From assembly GCA_964035545.1 (NCBI GenBank), contig CAXIUT010000248.1, positions 1 through 22,375 on the forward strand: a stretch of DNA of 22,375 nt, given 5' to 3'. The notes under the pieces are model-generated. The model was not told the origin of the DNA and ran no database searches. It saw only the letters and a list, made by a program, of their open reading frames with translations. Below, in pieces: positions 11,098 to 21,985 of the stretch. Made by a program: the position numbers and the translations under genes. Every line of letters starts with the position of its first letter. The first letter of the stretch is position 1. This stretch comes from Bugula neritina. Its lineage: Eukaryota > Animalia > Bryozoa.

Positions 11098-12126
11098 TAC
11101 AAAATAGGAAACAATAATAACTCAGAGATAAGTAATGTTGTGTATATGGAGTTCTTACTTTACTAATGATTATGACCTTTATCCTACTGTGTCTTCTTTG
11201 ATTCTTCAATATTAAATACAAAGAGTTTTGATTATTTATTTAATATTTATTTTTACCTGCTCTTGTTTATTAGATTTATAATCTATTGCTCTTATGGTAC
11301 CTAGATAAAATCAAGCAGAACTTCAAAAGTAAAAAATCGTAAATTCCATAAACTCTTCTATCTAATCAATATTAGTCTATGTATTGTAGTTTTAATAATC
11401 AGCTTCATTATGGTATTCAAGCCATGTGGTATGGCTTTCTTTGCCTTTTTTAGTATTCTCTTTTTAGGTCAGGCAACTATGCACTACTTTTGTTTCAAAA
11501 TGCCAGAAATAGATGTAATAAAATACGAAATTATGATAAAAAGAATGTTAACCATCAACGCTATCATATAAATCACATATCTTTTGCTATGTTTTATGTA
11601 TTGGATTCATTCAAATATGCACCCATTTTATTGCTTTCTTGTATCAAACCTTGGATTACCTTTTCCGATCGGTATTATCTTCTCTATTCATTTTCTAGTT
11701 TCACTTTTCCTTTATATTCAGTTTCTTCATGGCTTTATAACTAGGAAATATTACCTTTTAGCACTTGGTGGGTTTTAAGTAGAACTTAGACTTACGAGAC
11801 AAAGAGAATAAAATCTGAGACATGTTGCTCTGCTTGAACCGATTTACAATGATGATCCCTTACCTGAACCTTCAACGAATGAGAAAGAATATTAGTTTGA
11901 AGAAATAATCGAAGATGTCGAAGGTTAAGAAGTCTGTTCGATTTGTCTAAATAGATAAAAAGAAGGATGTCATCCCATTTTGACTCCTTGTAAACATTAT
12001 TTTCATAGATAGTGTATATAAGATTGGGCCCGGATAAATTCTAAATGTCCTGAATGTCGTGCTGATTTCAAGTAATTGAATTTCTAGGTAAAAAAGTAGT
12101 AAAAGGATGTTAATGATGATTCTTGA
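11094..12126 (+). CDS. Multi-pass membrane RING-H2 E3 ubiquitin ligase (possibly the C-terminal half of the kinase gene)
   Basis: Several hydrophobic segments, then CSICLNREKEGCHPILTPCKHYFHRECIEDWARINSKCPECR; TGA at 12124-12126; 5' frame ambiguous between 11094 and 11240. Confidence 0.8.
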
Positions 12127-12166
12127 TATTAGTTTGATGTAATACAACTGAATATAATAGTTTATT

Positions 12167-13328
12167 ATGATGTAAGAAGACTCTAGTTAATCAGCCATCA
12201 TCAACATAGCTATCAACATCTTTCAAAATGTTGGAATTAGAAGGTGGATAGAAGAGATATAAATCCTTAAAAATGAACAAATTTACTTCTAGATATGTAA
12301 AATCATCTTCCCAGAAACTATTATCCACCTTTTCAGACTCAGCTAAAATCATAATCTTACTACAGGACAAAAAATCCAAGGAGTCATTGATCTTATTGCT
12401 AAAATTATCAAAAATGATCTATATCACATTTCTGGATAAGCTATTGCAAATGGTAAAACTACTCATCTTAAAAATTTTCTTCAGTTACTTGAAGCTTTGA
12501 GCAATAGCATGATAACTAAAGATCGACTTGAAGTATAGTCAGCTCCAGATAATGATCAGAGTCTTACTTACAATTAACACAACAAATCATACTACACAGT
12601 CATTGGAATGCCGAATGAGTTTGTTAATATGATATACTATACAGACTCCAGCACAGATAGTGAACCTAAAGGAAATAAGCCCAGATCAGAAAAACAAAGT
12701 TAAAATAGCCATAGTAGTAGTGAACACTCTGGATCAGTTCTAGGTCCAGTTGATGATTAAGGAGGTATAAATGAAGGATAAGTATCTACTGGTGATATAT
12801 CTAAAGAAACTGCTCCTTATCCTGAAGGAAAATCATCGAGAAATCTTCAATATCCTCAACCTTTTTATGAACAAAATCGAATTTAATTTGAAAAATAAAA
12901 TCGTAAGTGGCTAGCGATGATTAAAGGAATGTATAAATATTAATATATAGGGATAAACAAAGATCAATCTTGAAAAAGAAAGAGTACAATAAGTAAATGA
13001 TGCTTTTCTTCGAGAAAGAGATAATATCAACTACTAAAGACAAAGAGTTAAAAGAAAAATAGAAAAATAAAGCAACAAAAGAAAAGAACACATCAATAAC
13101 AGAATCAATGAAAGAGATGTCCTGTTAAATTCTCTGAAAGGAGAAATACAAGCAGAAAAAGCAATTAAGAATTTATTTATAAGAGAGAAAAAAGTGAGAG
13201 CTCAAAATAAATAGAAAGTCAAAGAAAGAGAAGAATAAAATTTAAAAAGAATAGCCAATTTTAACGAACTTGACGACCTTTTATAACAAGCAGTGCTATC
13301 TACAAAACAATCAGGAAGAAGAGAATGA
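12167..13328 (+). CDS. CEP95-like protein (DUF5745 calponin-homology-like N-terminus plus coiled coil)
   Basis: IDLIAKIIKNDLYHISGEAIANGKTTHLKNFLQLL resembles CEP95 LSHITGENIVKGD...IKNLLEIF; 20-nt intron 12931-12950; one frame break at the A run 12891-12895. Confidence 0.7.
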
Positions 13329-13382
13329 TTTATGATAAGATACACATATTAGTTAACTCTATTTATCAACAATAAAAGATAA

Positions 13383-14286
13383 TCAAATCAACTGTTTAAG
13401 ACGAGATTCAAATATATCACTTCTTTTCTCATAAGGCATCCTGAGAATGATTCCCATTATCGATTGACCTAACTAAATTATAGTTTTGTTAATTTATCCT
13501 TTTTGCTTTTTAAATATCTTCTTTTGTTAGAATAGCCTAAGATAAAAGTAATATTTTGAGACATTCTATGTTTTTATAATGAATAGCATATGATATAGCA
13601 CTATTACCAAGAAGATCTTTCTTATTGATAAGACCTCCAACTCCTAATAGCATCAATAGAATAGAAGAATGTCCTCGAATGGCTGCCCAAGTAAGAGGAG
13701 TTTTGTTGGTACTGTCCAGAGAATATACTACAAATTTGTTTTAAATATAATATCTCCATACTTTTGTTTATTCTCCCACTTTAACAGCTTCAAAAATAGC
13801 CTTTCCAAAACGATAAGATTCATTGCTAAATAGTTTTTGTTAGAAAATGTCTTTCATCGTCAATTTGTACTTTTTTAGTTTTTTGATGATTATTTTTATG
13901 TTTTTTCTAAAAATATAGGCATAATGTCTGAATTTAATCTCTTTTCCAGCTTTAGTAACTTTCTTTTTGGGTTTGCTGGGAGATTGCTGAACAGCAAGAG
14001 GAACTTCTTTGACAAGAGACTTTTAATAATGTTTTCGAATATTATGAAACTAATCATTTTTGAGTTATTAATAGGATCCAATTCTTCAGGATCTGCATGT
14101 AAATAGTAATATCTATTATTATTATAGTAGATGAAATAGTCATCTTAAATTTTTTTACAGTGCTAAATCACTTTTGGATTGATTTGCATTTCCTCATATA
14201 GTACTAGTTGCTATCCTACATCTTCTTACTCTTTCTCCTTCTTTTTTGAGTTGATTTTTTTGCATTTCTCTAAAGTTAAACTCCAT
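13383..14286 (-). CDS. Ankyrin-repeat protein
   Basis: DSTNKTPLTWAAIRGHSSILLMLLGVGGLINKKDLLGNSAISYAIHYKNIECLKILL; frame breaks at T runs make both ends approximate (alternative stop near 13429). Confidence 0.8.
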
Positions 14287-14309
14287 TTATTTATATTTAT
14301 TTTATATTT

Positions 14310-15096
14310 ATGTAATAATCACCTCTTGAAATCGCTAAAAAATTCTATTAATCATTTGTTGCTTAGGTTAAGTTCAAAGAAGTATAGACTGTTCCGAACT
14401 AATTCATTTAAGCTTAATTTAGCATAGGATAGGACTGTCTTTGTGTTCGCTATAGTTGTTTTGAAAAATATTATGTTCCTTTAATGAAATATCTTAAGTT
14501 AGAACAAGAATCTTAGACAATTAACTGGGCATGCGAAATGTTGCTTGTAATGAATGGTTAAAATGATAATGCTTGGAATTTAAAGAAGAAGTTACTTGCA
14601 AAATAAAAGCTTGATCCTGATAGAGAGCTTCGATTTAATGCACCTATCTGCTACAAAAATAAAAAAAGTAGCTCTTATTATGAGTATAGATTCAAAATTT
14701 TCGAATATTTAAAAACAAAAAGAAACAAAGAAGAACTCATAGCCTATTATAAAACAGAAACTGAATTGATATCAAAAATTTTAGGAAGATTTTTTAGAAA
14801 CTATTACTGTTGGATGTATAGAAACAGACTATTCAAACTTTTGCTACCTATTGTGGTTAAGAACTTTTTTTACTCGAACTTTCCTCTCTCCATAAATTCC
14901 TTTAGCTGAACCCAAATGACTATAGTGGATATAGTAGACTCATTGCTGTCCTAAAGCAAATAAAATTAGTCTATATTAATAAATTAAATGGCTAAATGAG
15001 CTTTAAGAGTTCTGTAAATTTGCTTTTGGAAATCCTGATTCTTACAGACATATCTAAACCTATAGATCTTTTCTTAAATAAAGCTTTAATAAGTGA
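14310..15096 (+). CDS. Protein prenyltransferase alpha-subunit repeat protein (PTAR1-like)
   Basis: PPTA repeats: LLVMNGENDNAWNLKK, KNKKSSSYYEYR, RFFRNYYCWMYR, LNPNDYSGYSRL; two 1-nt frame breaks (near 14836 and 14959). Confidence 0.8.
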
Positions 15097-15157
15097 TAAA
15101 TTGTGAATGATTGTTATAAAATAATATTTGGTATAAAGATTAATATTATAACTAAAG

Positions 15158-15994
15158 ATGAAAATACATAATTAAGGCAAAATTGCTTTGGTTTCAGGTC
15201 ATGTAGCCAAAATGGTTAGTGAAACAAAAAAAATAATTCGATCTAATTGTAATCTACCATCAATACAAAAATAAATCTAAAACTTGCAAAAACCAATGAC
15301 TCAAAATAGCATTGAAAAGCTACAATCATATTCAAAATAAGGATATTTAAAACTTAGCCGTATCTAGAAAAGGAAAAAGAGAGGTTCAAGTGATTTGAAA
15401 AAGATAATTATCTCTTAAAAGTAGAAAAAATAGAAAAAATATAGCTAAGCTATTAAAAGTCCAACTTTTTTCAATAAGATTAATGAAAAAAGTTCAATCT
15501 TAAACCAATATTAACTTGATTTATTGAAAACTGTAACTCCAAAGTCACCAAAAACTATCCGTCAACTTTATTCGAAAAAAATGATAAATTTATTACCTGA
15601 ACTTCCTGAAAAAAAGACTAAAAATAAGAAGTAAAAATACTTATTTGATTTTTAAAAATCAAATAGATATGAACATAACGCAACTATAAATATAAATTCT
15701 ACTCTTCTTAAAGAAAAATATCAATAATAAGAAAAAGCTTCAAGAACAATAGATTATGAAGTTCATTTTGTTAAGGAAATTTAGATGTCTCCATCGAGAA
15801 ATTTCAGTCAAAATAGTAGATAAATCAAAGAGAGAATGAAAAATAGAAGGGGAAAATCCTAAATAAGTCATTATTCTAAAGATTACTATATGAAATCAAG
15901 ATATCAGAACAATAATAGATACAACATAGAAGATTTATAGACATATGAGCCTTGGAAAGCTGACGATGAAGAAAGATAGGAACTTTTTAGTTGA
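15158..15994 (+). CDS. Hypothetical Lys/Glu/Ser-rich protein (278 aa)
   Basis: Single uninterrupted frame from ATG 15158 to TGA 15992-15994 under TAR=Glu; no recognisable motif. Confidence 0.8.
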
Positions 15995-16047
15995 TAACGG
16001 AACTACTATTTAATGATATTTTAAAGATGAAAATAAGATGTTATTGA

Positions 16048-17078
16048 TCAGACATATGAATGTTTGGAAGTCGAAATGGCATGGAATTCAGGAGACATAG
16101 CTTTAAAGTCAGTATTTTCAGCAAAGTTGTTCTTCGAGTTGCTGAAACTTCCTTGATTCCTAGTTTCCAGCTTCACCTTAGCAGGACAGAGAGGATTGTC
16201 TTTATTGATAAAATCATTTTTATAGATTGTTTCTAAATAACTCTAAATGTACGATATTGGCGACCAAAGTCAGGATTGTCTTCTTTCTTTTCTATGATCT
16301 TTACCTTTTTAGCCATATATTCTGGATTAGGATTACCAAAGAAGTTTCCATAGCTTGTATTTCCTAACCAATCATAGCCAGTCTTCAATTGATCTGGATA
16401 GTATTTGTAGTCATCCTTTTTAGGATCTTTTGTAATGAATTCTTTCGCATAAGTTGATTTGCTTCTTAGAGGGAAATATCCTCTGGCATGTTTGTCTGTA
16501 GGCTTAACATATTGATTGTCTCCTTTGTATCCTGGAAATTGATGACTATAAGAACTCAATTTCGGACAAGGTCCACTACTATGAAGAAGATCATCAGGGT
16601 GAGGTCTTTCAACATCATCTCCTTTAACTCCTTTAAATCCCTAGCCATAGGTTGAACCCATATCAAGATGAGGTCCTTTGAGCTTGCTGTACTCTTGATC
16701 ATGATTGACTAAATTAGGTATAGCCTTTTGTTGATAGAAGCTCTTTTGATAGACAGTGTTCTTGGTGAGGTCAGGCTTAATGACATGGAATTTGCATAGA
16801 TGGCGCCCACAAGTGCAATCTTAGCAGACACAACTTTCTTGGTTGTGATGAGAGAAATTACTTTTAGACAGCTTTGTAGCTGTTTTATTAAATATATCTC
16901 CTTTCATAAGGCATTATGAGTGGTCATGCTTGCTTCTTTGTGTTTGCACCATTCTGCTATCTACGGATGAATTTAGAGAGTCAAAGTTGAGTTGTCCTCC
17001 TGGGCGTGACTTCATTTTTGTCTGGAACTCAGGTTTTTTGTTTGAATTGGAGCGCTAGCGTTGGGAATTGGGTCTCAT
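16048..17078 (-). CDS. SAXO/FAM154-like (STOP/Mn-repeat) microtubule-stabilising protein
   Basis: CVCEDCTCGRHLC matches the SAXO N-terminal CxCExCxCGRHxC motif; repeated [ST]xYxxxF motifs (NTVYQKSF, STYGEGF, SSYSHQF, STYAKEF, TSYGNFF, TIYKNDF); 20-nt intron 16233-16252. Confidence 0.88.
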
Positions 17079-17202
17079 CAAATATTTGTGTTGAACCTAA
17101 TAGTAATAAATTTATTTAAGTGCAACTTCATGTAATAAATACGAATTCTTCTAAGTAATTAAACATAATAAATACAATAAAATGAATAAAGTTGAAGTAT
17201 AT

Positions 17203-18356
17203 TCAATCATAAGAATGCCTAGCAGCCTTTGGTGAGATCTTAACTGAAATAAACGATTCTGCAATATAATATGTCCAGAAAATGTGCAAAAATTCCAAGC
17301 AAATCATCATAATTATCATGAAACCATAACAAATAAAAAGAGTGTTATACTCTAACTCAGTTAGCTTGTTTTGCCAATCAGATAGAAAGAGACTATGGAA
17401 ACTAGGAATGATACAGACAGCGATAAAGAGAAAGATTCTACATCCACACCAAGCAGTAAATGCGTGTACATAAATTATATCAAGTAATGTCTTTGAATAA
17501 TATTTGTAGTCCTGAATAGACAAACAGATACCTTATATGCCCGAGCCATGATCAAAGCAAAATCACTATAATCATGAAGAAATAGAACCAAAATACCCAA
17601 TAACCATTGATTAGTAAGATAACTAAATACAATCAAGAAAATTGATAACCCATGATGTAAGGCATATTCGAAAAAATTACCTTCAGATCTGATGAAGACA
17701 TGGCCAAAGAAACGACTAAAATGTTTTCCAAATTGAGCAATGTAGTAGACTTTCATTTCAAAAGTTGCATCTACGACTCTTGGAGAAGTTGAAGCCAAAA
17801 TATATGGAGATCCTTTACCTCCTAACCAAGTAGGCATAAAAGTTGTTTCAATTAGTATTGTGTATGCCCAAATTGATATAAAGAGGTAGTAGACGATGGA
17901 ATATGACCATTTGACTAAAGTGTAGCACCTTTTTTTTCGTGATTATGGATCTAAGTATTTTTGTTAAGTAATATAGTGTTTTTCATACACATCATCCAGA
18001 TAATAATGTAAAAGCCATTCTGCAATCTACCTAATATCAATTTTACGAAAAATACTAAAGCATAAGGAAGACCATATATAAGCATTTCTGGAATATTTCC
18101 TTCTCTAACAGAATCAAAGTGAGGATGTGTTTGAAAGATATAGACCTTATGAAAGAGAAAAGCAGCTCCTATGAGAATTATGACAAGAAATATTCTAAAA
18201 AGGTATTCGTATTTCTAGATAAAATGCAATGAATTCAAAAGGTTAGATCCTTGAAGGGATCTATTGTGTATTAAATGATACCTTTTTGGAAGAAGTAGTT
18301 GCTTCTTCTTTAGATAAGTTAGCTTTCTGTTCAATTTTGACACTTTAATTGGACAT
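17203..18356 (-). CDS. LAG1: Ceramide synthase (LAG1/TLC), paralog 2
   Basis: FFEYALHH...LHDYSDFAL; introns 18215-18281 (67 nt), 18027-18046, 17512-17531; ends HSYD-TGA. Confidence 0.92.
18244..18263 (-). promoter_or_regulatory. Conserved intronic hairpin in intron 1 of paralog 2
   Basis: Sense strand TAGATCC-CTTCAA-GGATCTA, 7-bp stem. Confidence 0.7.
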
Positions 18357-18429
18357 CCTTTGTTGATATTTTAAATAAGAGTTACTATATATTTACTTTA
18401 TAATTCAATAAGATGATATTTCATAGAAA

Positions 18430-19583
18430 TCAATCATATGATTATTTTACCTTATTTGAAATACTTTCAGAGACAAAAGCCTGAATAATATAGTAGAGCC
18501 AAAATCCATTCATCAATTACAAACAACACATCATAAATGTCATAAAAACATAGCTGAAATATAACGTTTCATATTCAAACTCTGTTAATTTCAATTCCTA
18601 TCTTGATGAAGTAATAGTAAAAAAACTTGGAATTATACAAACTATGGTAAATAGAACAAGTCTACATCCAATCCATCCAACTAATGCATGAATACCACAA
18701 AAGATAAAAATTATTGGATTGCTATTCTTATAATCCTAAATAAATCGTGTTATACTTTATACCCTCTAGCTGCAATCAAGGCAAAGTCACTGTAGTCGTG
18801 GACTAAACACACGAAGATGCCAATCACCCACTGGTTAGTAAGATAGCTGAACAATATCAAGAAGATAGTTATTCCGTGATGTAAAGCGAATTCAAAGTAG
18901 CCGCCTTCAGGTTTGATAAAAGTATGAACAAAGAATCGACTGAAGTGCTTGCCGAACTGAATGATATAAAAAACTTTCATTTAGAATGTTACTCCTGTGA
19001 CTTTGGGGAGATTTTCAGCGATTGTGTAAGCTGAACCTTTCCCTCCGAGCCAAGTTGGCATGAAGACCGTTTACTTGAGGATCAAATAGGCCCAGATAGA
19101 GTTGCTTAGGTAGTAGATCGAAGAATATCCCCACTTCACTAAAGTATAGCTCCTTTTTTTCCTTGCTTCTGGCTATGAATGCTTTTTTTTATGATTAAGA
19201 TAGTATTTATCGCAGAGATCATCAAACCAATAGTGAAATAGCCAGTCCATAATCTAAATATCTTAAGCCTTACTGAGTAAATGACCGCAAAAGGAAGACC
19301 AAATAAAAGAATCTCGTAAATATTTCCTTCCCGAACTTCTTCGAAATGAGGATGAGTCTGAAAAGTGTATACTTTTTGACCAAGGTAAGCCGCAACAAAA
19401 ATTACAAAGACCAGTCCTAATTTGAAAGAAAACTCCCATCTCTAAATAGAAAATATAAAATTCAAAAAGCAAGATCCTTGAAAGGATCTACTAAGTCCTA
19501 GATGATACCTTTCTGGTCAAAGAATTTTCTGGTTTCTCGACAGGAGTTCCTGCTTCTTCTGATTTTGTATTTTATTTCGACAT
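18430..19583 (-). CDS. LAG1: Ceramide synthase (LAG1/TLC), paralog 3
   Basis: YFEFALHH...VHDYSDFAL; introns 19442-19508 (67 nt), 19254-19273, 18736-18755; ends SYD-TGA. Confidence 0.92.
19472..19489 (-). promoter_or_regulatory. Conserved intronic hairpin in intron 1 of paralog 3
   Basis: Sense strand AGATCCT-TTCA-AGGATCT. Confidence 0.7.
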
Positions 19584-19712
19584 TTTGGCGTGTATTGAAT
19601 TTCAATTATAGATTAAAAATTTAAAGGTTCTCGAGGTGATATTAAAATCTATGATTAAATATGAATAAAATATAAGTATAATTGAATACTAAACATAATT
19701 CAGACCAAAAAG

Positions 19713-20505
19713 TCAACTATTATAAACTTAGTGGAGAGCATCTTGATATTTTTTGATGATTATATCATATTGCTCATTAAAAGAAGAATCTTTCAAATCT
19801 TTTCGATAAAATTAAACGATAAACTGAAAGATTTGAATAGAGTCTGAACAGCAAAGTCCAAGTTTATCTTTGATAGTTTCCTTACTAAATAAAAAACTAA
19901 CTACGTTACTATTTATCCCTTTTCAAAGTCTTCTTCTAGAAAAGATTCGAATTCTGTTTATGAAAGATTTCTCTGAATCTTCAATCGATCAATTTTATCT
20001 AATTTTATTAAGTTTTACCTTGAAGAATGTACTATACTGCCTCAAGAACTTTCAGCTTATTAATTTTTCGACTAACTATCATTTATCTTTATGGTCTAAT
20101 ACCCATCAAACTTTTTTGATACTCTTCTTTAAATTGATGCTTTTGCTAAATTACATCTCCATCGTCTTTATAAATTACTTCAGTTGCTTGCTTTACCTAT
20201 TCTTCATCAAAGTCTTTATAAACTTTACTATTGATAGATTATAGCTCAAGTTTAATAGCTGGGTCTGCTAGAACTAGTTGCTAGTTTTATTGAGGAGTTA
20301 AACCTCTACTGATAAATTTAGAAGCAACTAGATCAGCAATTTTAATAAGAAGAGGATAGAATTATTATCTAAATGAAATGAGAAGATTCAAAGTTTCATT
20401 CTTTGATGGTACCTTTTTATGACTGTTATTAAGCTTCCAGAATGTCCAACCTCCAAGAGCTAGTAAAGCCAAAGCACCAGCACTCACTGTCTTTACTAAA
20501 TTCAT
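19713..20505 (-). CDS. Hypothetical protein with N-terminal signal anchor
   Basis: MNLVKTVSAGALALLALGGWTFWKL followed by a helical soluble part; 20-nt introns 19999-20018 and 19885-19904 give an open frame to TGA at 19713-19715. Confidence 0.85.
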
Positions 20506-20708
20506 GATATAAATATAAACAAAATTAATCAAAACTACATTTTAAAATCTTTAGAACAATAGGTTGATCAAATAAATATGGGGAAGTAAAATAAATAAGA
20601 ATCTACCCTATTTTAAAAGGTTTTTTCTCAATTAACACCTTTTAATCGGATTCATTCATTAATATTTTAATCAATAGCTCTTATAATTTGAAATATTGTT
20701 TTTAAACA

Positions 20709-21862
20709 TCAATCATATGAGTGTTTAACTTTCTTTGTAATAGCTTATGATATCAAAGTTTCACAAAGGAAGTAAAGCCAAAAGCAATTCAATATCTCCA
20801 AGCAACACATCATAAAAGTCATAAAAGCATAGCTAAAATATAAAGTATCATATTCAATTTATGTAAGCTTTAACTCTTACATAGATAGAATAATGAGATC
20901 AAAACTTGGAATAATACAAACAATTGTGAATAGAATAAGTCTGCCCCCGATTCAACCAAAAAGTGCATGAATCCCACAAAAGATAAGAAAATATTGCTTT
21001 GAATTTTTGTAGTCCTAAATAAATTTTATTTTTACCCTATACCCTCTAGCTGTAATCAAGGCAAAGTCACTGTAGTCGTGGACTAAACACACGAAGATGC
21101 CAATCACCCACTGGTTAGTAAGATAGCTGAACAATATCAAGAAGATAGTTATTCCGTGATGTAAAGCGAATTCAAAGTAGCCGCCTTCAGGTTTGATAAA
21201 AGTATGAACAAAGAATCGACTGAAGTGCTTGCCGAACTGAATGATATAAAAAACTTTCATTTAGAATGTTACTCCTGTGACTTTGGGGAGATTTTCAGCG
21301 ATTGTGTAAGCTGAACCTTTCCCTCCGAGCCAAGTTGGCATGAAGACCGTTTACTTGAGGATCAAATAGGCCCAGATAGAGTTGCTTAGATAGTAGATCG
21401 AAGAATATCCCCACTTCACTAAAGTATAGCTCCTTTTTTTCCTTGCTTCTGGCTATGAATGCTTTTTTTTATGATTGAGATAGTATTTATCGCAGAGATC
21501 ATCAAACCAATAGTGAAATAGCCAGTCCATAATCTAAATATCTTAAGCCTTACTGAGTAAATGACCGCAAAAGGAAGACCAAATAAAAGAATCTCGTAAA
21601 TATTTCCTTCCCGAACTTCTTCAAAATGAGGATGAGTCTGAAAAGTGTATACTTTTTGACCAAGGTAAGCCGCAACAAAAATTACAAAGACCAGTCCTCT
21701 TTTGAAATACCTTTACCATCTCTAAATAAAGAAAAAATCAAAAAAAAAAGAGATCCTTGAAAGGATCTACTAAGTCCTAGATGATACCTTTCTGGCTTTA
21801 GAAGTTTCTGGCTTCTCGACAGGAGTTCCTGCTTCTTCTGATTTTGTGTTTTATTTCGACAT
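20709..21862 (-). CDS. LAG1: Ceramide synthase (LAG1/TLC), paralog 4, with an in-frame TGA at a conserved Trp (possible pseudogene)
   Basis: Same exon structure (introns 21722-21787, 21534-21553, 21015-21035); TGA at 20952-20954 in HALFG*IGGRL; downstream frame intact to HSYD-TGA. Confidence 0.85.
21751..21768 (-). promoter_or_regulatory. Conserved intronic hairpin in intron 1 of paralog 4
   Basis: Sense strand AGATCCT-TTCA-AGGATCT followed by a T tract. Confidence 0.7.
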
Positions 21863-21985
21863 TTTGGCGTGATTTACTTTCAATTATATTTTTTCAAAAA
21901 ATAAATCTTTCAAATTAATGATAGAAAACAATGAATCATCATCAATGAAAATATATTTTTTGAAATTATTTGATAAAATATAATT

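Noticed and set aside
14074-14094. GATCC-N9-GGATC inverted repeat similar to the ceramide synthase hairpin
   Set aside because: Lies in ankyrin coding sequence (two Asp-Pro codon pairs), with a different loop size and no splice-site context; likely chance
14086-14200. Three TGA codons in frame with the ankyrin ATG as UGA=Trp evidence
   Set aside because: Each is NNT-GAN in the adjacent frame, which has more typical codon usage; two homopolymer indels explain it better
18244-18263. Hairpin read as a conserved DPFKDL peptide or a -1 frameshift signal
   Set aside because: That frame is not reachable by canonical splice sites and hits TGA within a few codons in paralogs 2-4; the single-intron model is in frame for all four
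19981-19983. Apparent internal TGA in the signal-anchor gene
   Set aside because: Disappears after removing the 20-nt intron 19999-20018
21741-21768. Hairpin plus T tract as a rho-independent terminator
   Set aside because: Eukaryotic nuclear gene; the T tract is the intron's pyrimidine tract
6319-21862. Standard ciliate code (UAR=Gln) or split code (UAA=Lys, UAG=Glu)
   Set aside because: Both TAA and TAG align with Glu codons in paralogs and conserved motifs
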